Positions 11,601-24,134 of a stretch of DNA of 64,000 nucleotides are shown here, piece after piece (the stretch's first letter is position 1; every line of letters begins with the position of its first letter). Location of the stretch: contig CM075996.1 in NCBI GenBank assembly GCA_038087875.1, positions 7,380,001 through 7,444,000 on the forward strand, read 5' to 3'. The stretch comes from Malacoraja senta. Its lineage: Eukaryota. Both the position numbers and the translations under genes were made by a program. A model generated the notes under the pieces. That model saw nothing but the letters and a program-made list of their open reading frames with translations, was not told the origin of the DNA and ran no database searches.

Positions 11601-14600
11601 CTTCCACTGATTGGATGGTTTCCATCCGTGTGTCTCAGATGATTGGCTCACTTCTACCTCATGTGTCATCGATTGGATGATTTCTATCCAATTTATTCGC
11701 CATTTACCTCCCATGATTGGATGAATCCTATCCAATGATGAATCCTATCCAATCATTGTTTGTCCTTACATTGACTCCATTCAGTCCTTGCCATGGGATT
11801 CCTATCCAATAGTTTCTTGGCTTAATAAGAAGGCCTGGATTCAAGGTGAAAGCAATGAGGTTTAAAGGGGATCTGAGGGGCATGTTTTTATTTGTACATA
11901 TGGAACAGTTTAGGAAGGAATGGCAGATGCTCGTTTAAACTGATGACACAAAATGCTGGAGTAACTCAGCGGGACAAGCAGCATCTCTGGAGAGGAATGG
12001 GTGATGTTTCAATCTGAAGAAGGGTCTCGACCAGAAACGTCATCCATTCCTTCTCTCCAGAGATGCTGCCTGTCCCGCTGAATTACTCCAGCATTTTGTG
12101 TCTACCTTTAGGGCCTGTCCCACTTTCACGACCTAATTCACGACCTCTGCTGAGTTTGCCCTTGACTCATACTCGCAGCATGGTCGTCACGAGGTCGTAG
12201 GAGGTCGTAGGTAGGTCGTAGCTGGCCGGGGCGTTTTTCTAGCCTGATGAAAAATGTCAACGAGTAAAAAAGATCGTGAATTAGGTCGTGGAAGTGGGAC
12301 AGGGCCTTTTGTATTGAAAAGTTTCGTTTAGTTTTAGTTTAGAGATACAGCGCAGAAATAGGCCCTTCAGCCCACCGAGACCAGCCAACCCTGCGTATTA
12401 ACACTATCCTACACACACTAGAGACAATTTACACCTATACCAAGCCAATTAACCTACAAACCTGTACATCTTTGCAGTGTGGGAGGAAACTGAAGATCTC
12501 GGGAAAACCCACGCAGGTCACGGGGGGAACGTACAAACTCCGTACAGACGGCACCCATAGCCAGGATTGAACCCGGGTCTCTGGCAGTGTGAGGCAGCAA
12601 CCCAACCGCTGCACCACCGTGCCGTCCTTCAGTTAATATCTGAGCCTTGCTGCCTGAGAAGGTGGTGGAATCAGATAAGAGGTATTTAGACAGACACTGA
12701 AACAAGCAAGGATAGAAGGATATGGTCCTAAGATGGGCAAAATGTCGGCATGGATCTAATGGATCAAAGGGCCCATTTCTGTGCTGTTCATGACTGTGGA
12801 TCTTTGTCTCGGACACTGTCATCTTGCTGAACAATTTCCACCTTCAGCCGATAGTCATCACCAAAGAACCTATAGCGCCATGACAAAAGCAAAGATACTA
12901 GAGCGGAGAAGGAAGCCGGTTACGGAAATGGCGCTAAAGATTACCCATGACCCTACTACGGCTTTTTCGTCGAGTGGACTATCTTGCTCCACTATAGGAT
13001 CTTTGGTCATCACTATCCCAACAACATTCTCCCAGCCAATTACCTTCAGTCCAGAAACAAAGAAGATCCTGACAATAGACTTGAGTATAGAAGTTAGGAG
13101 GTCATGTTGCAGTTATTTAAGATGTTGGTGAGGCTGCATTTAGAGTATTGTGTTCAGTTCTGGGCACCGTGTTATAGGAAAGATGTTGTCAAGTTGGAAA
13201 AGATGAGGAAAAGATTTACAAGGATGTTGTCAGGATGAGAGGGTGTGAGCTATAGGGAGAAGTTGATCAGGCTGGGTCTCTATTCCCTGGAGCGCCGGAG
13301 GATGAGGATCTTATGGAAGTGTATAAACTCATGACAGGAATAGATTGGGTAAATGCACAGAGTCTTTTGCCCAGAGTAGGGGAATCGAGGACCAGAGGAC
13401 ATCGATTTAAGGTGAGGGGGGGAGGGGGGGGGGAGGAAGGTTTTATAGGAATCTGAGGGGTAACCTTTTTCACACAAAGGGTGGCGAGTGTATGGAACAA
13501 GCTGCTGGAAGAGGTAGTTGAGGCAGGGACTATCACAACATGTAAGAAGCAATCAGACAGGTGCATGGATAGGACAGGTTTAGAGGGATATGGGCCAAAC
13601 GCTGGCAAATGGGACTAAGTGTAGATGGGGCATATTGGTCGGTGTGGGGTGCAGGGCCTGTTTCCACACTGTGTGACTATGTGACTCTACAACCAAGGCA
13701 CAGAATGATCCCACAAAGCAACAATGCGTTAATGGAGAGATCAATTGATTGAGTGACACGGCTTGAAAGATATAAATGTTGGGCTGGGAAGGGCTCTAAT
13801 TTTATACATTTTATTTCTTTTTGTGTTTTGGGGTTTTTTTTAAATTTATTTTTGGGTTATATTTGCATTTGTTGGGTTATATTTACACTGTGGGGACTGG
13901 AAGTACCGACTAGGTGTACATAACCTGGTGTTGGTTCAATGGGCCATGTTTACACGGTTCCGCTCCCAGTTTGCAGGTTCGTGGAAAGCTAAACAACAGA
14001 GCACTCAAAGTATCAGCCACCATTTGGGACAATTTCTATGCAAGCTCTCATCTGCACCCTCCAAATCCTTGCCCGGCCATCAAATGGAAGTATGACAATA
14101 TTTTTGGGCCTGGAATCATTACTACAAGATCATAAGCTCATAAGACATCGGAGCAGAATTAGGCCATTCGGCCCATCGAGTCCACAAGAGAGAGCTAGAT
14201 AGGGCTCTTAAAGATAGCGGAGTCAGGGGATATGGGGAGAAGGCAGGAACGGGGTACTGATTGGGGATGATCAGCCATGATCACATTGAATGGCGGTGCT
14301 GGCTCGAAGGGCCGAATGACCTACTCCTGCACCTATTGTCTATTGTTTATTGTCATTTGATCATGGCTTATGTTCATAAGCTCGTAAGGCATAGAAGCAA
14401 AATTAGGCCATTCGGCCCATCGAGTCCACTCCGCTATTCGATCATGGCTCAGAAGTTCATAAGCTCATAAGACATCGGAGCAGAATTAGGCCATTCGGCC
14501 CATCGAGTCTGCTCTGCCGTTCGATCATGGCTGCTCTACCTTCCCCTCTCCACCCCATTCCCCTGCCTTCTCCCCGTGACCTTGGACACCCGTACTAATC

Positions 14601-15118
14601 AAGAACCTATCAATCTCTGCTGTACAAATACCCAATGGGTATTTCAAATACCCACTGTTTCACTAGAGCCCCTAGAACAGGTACATCACAGGTTGGAATC
14701 AGAGTCACGAGCGCTCTTTTCCGTCAGCAAATACTCCCTTTTTATATAATCCCAGAGAGTTGTAGAATCAATAGTATGTATTCTACATAATCTACATAAA
14801 GTAGACCATCTGATAAATGGTTTCATTTTCATTATAAGCTACATTGAAAAGATTTGTTTTACATGCTGTTCCAATCAGATCAGATAAATCTCTACATAAA
14901 TACAATAAAGTCACTCAAGTACAATATTATGTCGTACTATTGTACTGAAGTTTGCCTTCATTGTATTAAAGTATAGTATTATTTGATTAGAGAATAGTGG
15001 ATGTAGCCCAGTTCCATCACACAGGCCAGTCCCAGACTGGATACGTTACAGTTTGAAGACAGTGAGCTTGGCAAGAAGATACACAAGTTTGAAAGCCCGC
15101 ACCACCAGACTTAGGAAC

Positions 15119-15318
15119 NNNNNNNNNNNNNNNNNNNNNNNNNNNNNNNNNNNNNNNNNNNNNNNNNNNNNNNNNNNNNNNNNNNNNNNNNNNNNNNNNN
15201 NNNNNNNNNNNNNNNNNNNNNNNNNNNNNNNNNNNNNNNNNNNNNNNNNNNNNNNNNNNNNNNNNNNNNNNNNNNNNNNNNNNNNNNNNNNNNNNNNNNN
15301 NNNNNNNNNNNNNNNNNN
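15119..15318. other. Assembly gap (200 N)
   Basis: Run of N. Confidence 1.
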
Positions 15319-16918
15319 CCATGCATTTGCCCACTCACCCAACCTATCCAAGTCACTTTGCAGCCTCCTAGCATCCTCCTCACAGCTAACACTGCCCCCC
15401 AGCTTCGTGTCATCCACAAACTTGGAGATGTTGCATTCAATTCCCTCGTCCAAATCATTAATATATATTGTAAATAGCTGGGATCCCAGCACTGAGCCTT
15501 GCGGTACCCCACTAGTCACTGCCTGCCATTCTGAAAAGGACCCGTTTACTCCTACTCTTTGCTTCCTGTCTGCCAGCCAGTTCTCTATCCACATCAATAC
15601 TGAACCCCCAATACCGTGTGCTTTAAGTTTGCATACTAATCTCTACAATACAATACAATACAATACAATACAATACAATACAATTTATTTGTCATTTGGA
15701 CCCCGTTGAGGTCCAAACGAAATATCGTTTCTGCAGCCATACATTACAAAACGAAGAAGACCCGAGACACAAACACAATTTACACATACATCCATCACAG
15801 CGCTGTGATGGAAGGCAAAAAAAACGTATCTCTCCACTGCACTCCCCCCCCCCCGATGTCAGAGTCAAAGTCAAAGCCCCCGGCGGGCGATGGTGATTAT
15901 CCCGCGGCCATTAAAGCCACGCCGGGCGATGCAAGGTCGCGCCCCGGGTCTTGGTGTTAGAGCCCTGGCGCGCGCTCGCAAAGTCCCGTGGCCATTTCAA
16001 GCCGCGCGGGGCGGTGATGTAAAGCCCCGCTCCAGGTGCTCTTCAACCCCGCAACTCGGGCGGGAGAAGTCGCCGCTGCGGAAGCCCCGAAAAGCGGTCT
16101 CCCACCAGGGACCCGCGGGCTTCCGGTGTTGCCGTCCGCCAGACCAGCGGTTGTAGCCTCCGAATCTCCGGGGGTCGGGTCGCAGCAGCGCTCCACCACA
16201 GCTCCACCCGCTCCGGACTCGGCCAGCCCCGTGACGGTGAGTAGTCCGCAGCTCCGCAACTGGAGCCCCAGGTCGTTCCTGCTGGAGGCCGCTCCACGTT
16301 GCCCAGCCCCAACGACAAACGGAGACCCGACAAAGAAAAGGTCGGGTCTCCCGTGCAGGGGAAAGGGGAAAGATTTTAAAGTTCCACCCCACCCCCACCC
16401 CCCACACACATACCCCGACAAAAAAAATAAAAATAAAAACTACATAGAAACAAGACAAAAATAATAAAAAGACAGACGGACTGCAGAGGCCGCTGCTGAC
16501 GAGAGTCACGCCGCCCACCGCCTACTGCCAGTTATACTGGGCATCCAAATCTCTTATGTGGGACCTTGTCGAAAGCCTTCTGAAAGTCCAGATATAACAC
16601 ATCCACTGGTTCTCCCCTATCCACTCTACTAGTTACATCCTTGAAAAATTCTATAAGATTCGTCAGACATGATTTACCTTTCGTAAATCCATGCTGACTT
16701 TGTCCAATGATTTCACCACTTTCCAAATGTGCTGCTATCCCATCTTTAATAACTGACTCCAGAATTTTCCCCACCACCGATGGTCTGTTATTCCCCGTTT
16801 TCTCTCTCCCTCCCTTTTTAAAAAGTGGGTTACATTAGCTACCCTCCAATCCTCAGGAACTACTCCAGAATCTAAAGAGTTTTGAAAAATTATCACTAAT
16901 GCATCCACTATTTCTGCG
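15319..16918 (-). mobile_element. CR1-like LINE RT fragment split by the 15645-16547 insertion
   Basis: ORFs 15046-15597 (-) and 16532-16777 (-) are consecutive RT segments (SQHGFTKGKSCLTNL...DFQKAFDKVPH...GVPQGS). Confidence 0.9.
15645..16547 (-). mobile_element. ~900 bp non-autonomous retroelement with 7-bp TSD (AATCTCT) inserted in a CR1
   Basis: AATCTCT at 15638-15644 and 16548-16554; AATAAA plus (ATTGT)n tail on -; GC-rich body without a recognisable coding ORF. Confidence 0.75.
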
Positions 16919-17181
16919 GTGTTTCAGGTTAGGACCCTTCTTCAGATTTCCGCCCGACCCGAAATGCCCGAGTTACTCCAGTACTTTGTGTTTTTTGTTA
17001 TAAACCAAAATCGAATGCCTTTTATTGTCATCCAAACAAACAAAAGTTTGAACGAAATTTGGTTCCCTGCAGTCATAACAGCAAAAAAAACCACAACACA
17101 CACTTAACACAGTTCCACACAAACACCCATCACAGTGAATCTCCAAACACCTCCTCACTGTGATGCAAGGCAAAAGTCTTA

Positions 17182-17704
17182 AGGGCCTGTCCCACTTGCA
17201 TGCGATTGCGTGCGTTTGGCGCGACCAACTGGAAGCGGAGGTCACGCGAAGTTCGCGCTAAGTTCGCGCTAAATTCACTCGTGACATCATTTACGTCATG
17301 CTTACAAATCAGCGGGGCAGGAGGCGGGCCGACAATTTGGGCGTCGCATGGCGTCGGGCGGTGACGTCATCACGCAACGCCACGCTGGGCGGTGATGTCA
17401 TCACGCAACGCCACGCGCTAGGCGTACGCCGTCAAGACTCTGCGTACGCCGGCAAGACGCTGCGTACGACCGTAATGCGCCTGCGTGCGTACGCGGGCCG
17501 ATAGGCAGTTGGCGCGCGAAGATTTCGGTCACTGCAGGAATTTCGGAGCCCTGCACGATGTTGGGACCGGCCCCGCACAACTCCATACCCCTCCGCGCTT
17601 CTAAGTGGGACCGGCCCCGCGCGGCCATACGGTGCCCGTACGCCTCAAGCGACCACGAGGTCGTGTAATTTGCGAGCCAAGGTCGCGTAAGTGGGACAGG
17701 CCCT
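17182..17704. mobile_element. PIF/Harbinger-like MITE
   Basis: TIR AGGGCCTGTCCCACTT...AAGTGGGACAGGCCCT flanked by a TTA/TTA 3-bp TSD. Confidence 0.8.
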
Positions 17705-19292
17705 TTATCTGTTCCCTGTTCTTCTCCTGCGGTCAGGCAGTCAAACTGCTGCAGTGAGGTGATGTTAAAGCCCCCGGCTTCAAGACATTTAAAACGTTTC
17801 CCCCCACATGTACACAACTAAAAATAAAGCAAAAACATAGTCCTAACAAGACAACAAAGAAGACAAAAGGAAAATAGACAAACGACAAAAAAGACAAAAA
17901 GGCGATCAATATCTGCAGTTCCTTGTGTCTGCGTCATGCAGAATGGCATCAAACTTCCCCAAGTTTGTACTCATTACCCCTTGAACTAAAGGCCCACATT
18001 TCATTCAATGTTCCGAATTATTCACTCCGAGTTCCTTGCAGTTGAGTGGATCTTTTGTTTCAGCGATACAGCGCTGAATCAGGCCCTTCGGCCCACCTAG
18101 CCCACACTGACCATCGATCACCCGTTCACCGGTTCTATATTATTCCACTTTCGCATCCACTCCCGACACATTAGGGGCAATTCACGGAAATCAATGAACC
18201 TACGAACCGGCACATCTTTGGGATGTGGGAGAAAACCGGAGCACCCGGAGGAAACCCACGCGGTCATAGGGAGTTGCTGCCTCACAGCACCGGAGACCCG
18301 GGTTCGATCCTAACTACAGGTGTTGCCTGTACGGAGTTTGTACGTTCTCCCCGTGACCGATATGCAAACACCACACAGACAGCACCTGAGGCAGGGATTG
18401 AGCCCGAGTCTCTGGTGCAGTGAGGCCAGAGACCCGGGTTCGATCCTGGTTATGGGTGCTGTCTGTATGGAGTTTGTACGTTCTCCCCGTGAACTGCGTG
18501 GGTTATTCCAGGGCGCTCCAGTTTCCTCCCACACTCCAAAGACGTACAGGTTTGTAGGTTAATTGGCCTCGGTGACATTGTAAATTGTCCCTTGAGTGTG
18601 CAGGATAGCGGGGATCGCTGGTCGGCGCAGCCTCGGTGGGCCGAAGGGCCTGTTTCCGAGCTGTATCTCTAATCAAAACTAAACTAAACTAAAACTATGC
18701 AACAAGCTGCAGAAGCTGGTTTGTACCAAAGATAGACACAAAGTGCTGGAGTAACAAAGCGGGTCAGGCAGCATCTCTGGAGGGAAAAGATGGGTGGCTT
18801 TTCGGGTCGGGACAAAAAAACAATTAGCTATTTAATTCTTCCTTCCAACGTGAATATCCTCCCACTTTTCCACACCCATATTTCATCTGCCAACATCTTG
18901 CCACTCACTTACAGGCGCAGTGTATCCTGCTTAGAACTGAGCCCATCTATGTCAACACCTTTCTTTGTATTGTTACTAAGTTTTGTCAAAGAACACGGTT
19001 CCTTCACCCGTGCCATTAGTATATACCGTAAATATTTCAGGCCCCACTACTTCAGTTTATAGGTACAGCGTGGAAACAGGCCCTTTGGCCCACCGAGTGA
19101 TCCCCACACACTAGCACTATCCCACACACACTAGGGGAAATTGACAATTTTGCCAAGTTGATTAACCTACAAACCTGCACGTTGATCACTGATCGCTGAT
19201 CGGTGGGCCGAAGGGCCTGTTTCCGCGCTGTATCTCTAAACTAAAGTATCTCCCAACTCTGGACTGAACTAAACTAAGCTCTGGCAGTGTGA

Positions 19293-19650
19293 AGCCCCTG
19301 TCCCACTGTACGAGGTAATTCAAGAGTTCTCCCGAGTTTCCCCTGATTCGAACTCGGAGAATGTCCGTAGCGGGGTCCGTAGGAGTTCGTGGATGTCTCG
19401 TAGCGGCTCGTACGAGTAAAATGTAACTATTTTTTTCATCACGAGTATTTTTTTACTCGTGGACATTTTTTTGCAGGGATGAAAAAACGTCCCGAGTTTA
19501 CCGGATGTCCCGAGTACCTACCGTTAGCATTACGAGCCGCTACGAGACATCCACGAACTCCTACGGATCCGCTACGGACATTCTCCGAGTTCGAATCAGG
19601 GGAAAACTCGGGAGAACTCTTGAATTACCTGGTACAGTGGCACAGGGGCT
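19293..19650. mobile_element. Harbinger-like MITE with long palindromic arms
   Basis: TIR AGCCCCTGTCCCACTGTAC; arms of more than 100 bp are near-perfect reverse complements. Confidence 0.8.
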
Positions 19651-20469
19651 TCAGGTAGTGGCTCTACGAGCTGCATATTCGGGCCACCTGAATGTCGGGA
19701 AGGTAGGAACAGTGGAAGTTTAGTTGAGTTTATGGTCACGTGTACTGAGGTACAGTGAAAAGCTTTTGTTGCGTGCTAACCAGTCAGCGGAAAGACAATA
19801 CATGATTACAATCCAGCCATACACAGTGTACAGATACAGGATAAAGGGAATGACATGAATAACTTTTAGTGCAAGATAAAGTCCAGAGAAGTCCGATTAA
19901 AGATAGTCCGAGATTCTCCGATTAAGTAGATGGTAAGTCAGGACTTCTCCCTCGTTGGTGGTAGGATGGTTCAGTTGCTTGATAACAGCCGGGAAGAAAC
20001 TGTCCCTGAATCTGGAGGTGTGCGTTTTCACACTTCTGTACCTTTTGCCCGATGGGAGAGGGGAGAAGAGGGAGTGACCAGGGTGTGACTCATCGTTGAT
20101 GATGCTGCTGGCCTTGCCGAGGCAGCGTGAGGTGCAGATGGAGTCAATGGAAGGGAGGTTGGTTTGGTTGATGGTCTGGGCTGCGTCCACAACTCTCTGC
20201 AATTCCTTGCGGTCTTGGATGGAGCTGTTCCCAATGCATGCTCTGATGCACCCCGATGAAATTATTTCCGCGGCGCATCTGTAGACGTTCGTGAGGGTTG
20301 TTGAGGAGATGCCGAACTTCCCGAGCCTTATAAGGAAGTAGGGGACTGATGTAAGTGGTTGCTTGCTGGTCGGTGCCGGCTCGGTGGGCTGAAGGGCCTG
20401 CGGGCCTTTGTCTGATTAATCCCTTTTACAGTAAAATAGGACGGTCTCCAGCTTGTGATATATTTACAG

Positions 20470-20555
20470 ATAAAGGGGAAGGGAAAAATCTCCTTGGAAA
20501 CCATTTCTGTTTCTTCGGAAGACCAAGAACCCAAATATACAAGACCCAACCTGCC
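20470..20555 (+). CDS. Candidate IGF E-peptide exon (IKGKGKISLETISVSSEDQEPKYTRPNLP)
   Basis: Non-repeat island with tatttacAG acceptor and CC|GTAAGT donor, open in phase 0 and ending in phase 2. No strong homology recognised. Confidence 0.3.
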
Positions 20556-22639
20556 GTAAGTCAACAGAAAATTCTAACGTGATCATCACATCTGGTAATA
20601 TCAATCCCCACATCATAAGGGTGACTTCAATGGAATTCATCTTGTTTGCTGCAAGTTTCAGGGCTTCCTAGGACTTTTTAATTTTTTTAAATGTTTGATT
20701 GCGACTCTTTGAACCTGGCCTCTCCTCATTTCTTTCTGGTTAAGGAGCCTCTTTAGTTTAGTTTAGTGTAGAGATACAGCGCGGAAACAGGTCCTTCGGC
20801 CCAATGGGCCCGCGCCGACCAACGACCCCCGCACATTCATAACCCAGAGTTCTCCCGAGTTTCCCCCTGATTCGAACTCGGAGATTTACGGTAATGGCCG
20901 CTCGTAGGTACTCGGGGCTCTCGTGGACATTTTTCAACATGTTGAAAAATCTTCACGAGTCTTCACGAATTTACCGCGTTTCCCCAGTACCTGCCGTTAG
21001 TGTTACGAGGCGCCAAGAGGTGTCCCGATCTCCAACGTACCTGCTACATACATTCTACGTGCTTCCACAAGTTTGATTTTTTTTTAAACTCGGGAGAGCT
21101 CTTGAATGAGCTCGTACAGTGGGACAGGGGCCATTACACTATCCTTCACACACTGGGGACAAGTTTCACATTTACACCGAGCCAATTAACCTACAGTCCT
21201 CAACGTCTTTGGAGTGTGGGAGGAAACTGAAGATCCTGGAGGAAAACACTCGCAGGTCACGGGGAGAACATGCAAATTCCGTATAGACAGCCAACCGCAG
21301 TCAGGATCGAACCCGGGTCTCCGGCGTGTCCCACTTGGCCGTCATTTGCGTGTCACGCAGATGGCGCGCGAAGATTTTGTACTTGACAAAATCCTGCGAT
21401 GCCGCGCGCAGCCGCGGGTTACTGCCTATGTCACCACGCGCCATGCGCGCATCACGTGCGTGTCACGACACGCGCGTCGTGACGCGTAAATAATGTCGCT
21501 TAAATTATGCGCAAATGACGGCCAAGTGGGACAGGCCTTAAGGCAGCCACTCTACCGCTGCGCCTCCGTGCCGGCCTTCATCCAATCTAAACTGCAGCTG
21601 GGTACCTGGTTTAGCATCCTGTTCTTGCCAAGGGATGAGTGTTCCCACACAATCTCGATCAGCCCTTAAATCTTCCTCTGTCAGCATTTAGCACCTAAAT
21701 TGCTGACAAGGCCATCATTCCCACCCTCATAGGTATGTTGTGCCTCGCTTCTGAATCCCATCGCCGAGATTCTCTTCAAAACACCAGTGGTGTGGATTTT
21801 AACAGGGCCTTCTTCCCCACTGTATCTGTAAACTGTAGATGAAACTAAACGTTATATTGGCCCCTCCAACCCATCCCACAATCTAAACATGATCTTGTTT
21901 AAATCATCTTCCTACATCTCCTTATCGAGCAAAACAGGGGGGGGGCACGGTGGCACAGCGGTAGAGTTGCTGCCTCACAGCGCCAGAGACCCGGGTTCGA
22001 TCCTGACTGCGGGTGCTGCCTGTACGGAGTTTGTACGTTCTCCCCGTGACCTGCGTGGGTTTTCTCCGGGAGCTTCAAAGGCTTCAAAGGTCTTTTATTG
22101 TCACGTGTGCCAATTGAGGTCCAGTGATATGTGAATTACCATACAGACATTCGAACAAAACAGCAACAAGACACACAACTGCATAAAAGTTAACATAAAC
22201 ATCCACCACAGCGGAATCCCCACACTCCTCACTGTGATGGAAGGAACAAAAGTCCAATCTTCTTTGGACAAGGTATCTGCTGTTGAAATAAAGTTTTTTT
22301 TAATAAAGTTTTTTTTTTTTTAATACTTTTAAATGCCTCTCAGCGCTGGAGTCCGAACAATCAAGCATGAGTCTCACCCCGGTCACTCCCTCCTCCCCTC
22401 TCCCTGTGACCCCACGGATTTTCTCCGGGTGCTCCTGCTTCCTCCCACACTCCGAAGATTTACAGCTTTGTAGGCTAATTAGCTTCAGTAAAACCGTAAA
22501 TTGTCCCAGTGTGTGGGATGTTGCTCGTGTACGGGGGCGGGCGTCCGCTGGTCGGTGCGGACTCGGTGGGCCGAAGGGCCTGTTTCAGCGCCACGTCTCT
22601 CAAGTCTAAAGAGTGAAGCGTTGTAATGAATGATTGCAG

Positions 22640-22733
22640 ATCTACTTCTGGGACCAGCACGCAAAGAATCGCCTGGCTTTGGCGCCATCTTATTCCTGGT
22701 GGTGAGTTCAAATCCAATTCATGCCAATCCTGA
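22640..22733 (+). CDS. Candidate terminal IGF E-peptide exon
   Basis: ttgcAG acceptor with a weak pyrimidine tract. Phase 2 gives (P)STSGTSTQRIAWLWRHLIPGGEFKSNSCQS* (TGA 22731-22733). Phase 0 gives IYFWDQHAKNRLALAPSYSWW* (TGA 22703-22705). Both faintly resemble the IGF2 E-peptide W..(A/ST)QRL region. Confidence 0.25.
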
Positions 22734-24128
22734 GATGAGAATGATTCACCGTTCACCGTGGGACAGTGAAAATGGCGAAACAGGTAGATGGAGTGGTCAA
22801 GAATACTTTTTGGCACATTGGTTTTCATCAGTCACGGTATTGAATATAGAAGTTAGGGAGGTCATGTTGTAGTTGTATAAGATGTTGGTGAGGCCACTTT
22901 TAGACATTGTGTTCCATATTGGTCACCATGTTATAGACAATAGGTACAGGAGTAGGCCATTCAGCCCTTCGAGCCAGCACCGCCATTCATTGTGATCATG
23001 GCTTATCATCCACAATCAGTACCCCGTTCCTGCCTTCTCCCATATCCCCTGACTCCGCTATCGTTAAGAGCTCTATCCAACACTCTCTTGAAAGCATCCA
23101 GAGAACCGGCCTCCACTGGCTTCTGAGGCAGAGAATTCCACAGATTCACAACCCTCTGTGTGAAAAAGTTTTTCCTCATCTCCGTTCCAATTGCTGACCC
23201 CTTATTCGTAAACCGTGGCCCCTGGTTCTGGATGATCAGCATGTCATAGGAAAGATGGAAAGGGCGCAGAGAAGGTTTACGAGGATGTTACTGGGTCTCA
23301 AGCGACTGGGCTACAGGGAGAGGTTGAGCAGGCTGGGACTTTATTCCTTGGAGCGCAGGTGGATGAGGGGTGATCTTATAGAGGTGTACAAAATCATGAG
23401 AGGAATAGATTGGGTAAATGCACAGAGTCTCTTGCCCAGAGTAGAGGAATCAAGAACCGGAGGACATAGGTTTAAGATGAGGGGGGAAAGCTTATATAGG
23501 AACTTGAGAGGCAACTTTTTTACCCAGAGGGTGGTGGGCAAAGATACTAGAGTACCCAAGATAGACCACTCCTACAAAATCCAATGGACTGACGTGTAGT
23601 ACGGATCGGAACGGAACGGAACGTCACTTCCGCCATTTTAGGAATAAGACCCCGATCTCCGTTACGCCTCTCACAGTTTAATCCACGTCAGTCCATTGAA
23701 GTTTGCAGTTCTTTGTTGGTGGGTAAATGGAAAAAGTGGCAGAAGAGGTAGTTGAGGCAAGTACTAGGGGTGGAAGATTGCAACCCTGTTCCGACGAATG
23801 CAATCAACCCGGCGTGCACAATCAAATAAGACCAAATAGAACAAGTTGTCCTACAACTTTAGGCTGTGCACGCCATACACAACAAGAAGAAGAAGGCAAG
23901 TACTAGCACAATGTTTAAAAAAACATTTAGACAGGTACATGGATAGGACAGGTTTAGAGGGATGTGGGTCAAACGCAGGCAGGTGGGACTAGTGTAGATG
24001 GGGTATGTTGGTCGGTGCGGGCAAGATGGGCCGAAGGGCCTGTTTCCACGCTGTACGACTCTGACAGATCTGGTTAGAACTGAGTGTGTGAAAACTGAGC
24101 ACGCAGACATTTGCAAAGTTCAACTGCT

Positions 24129-24134
24129 TTTATT
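24129..24134 (-). terminator. Candidate distal polyadenylation signal (AATAAA) for RIC8
   Basis: TTTATT on + within non-repeat AT-rich sequence. A proximal AATAAA also lies at 27236-27241 (-). Confidence 0.3.
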
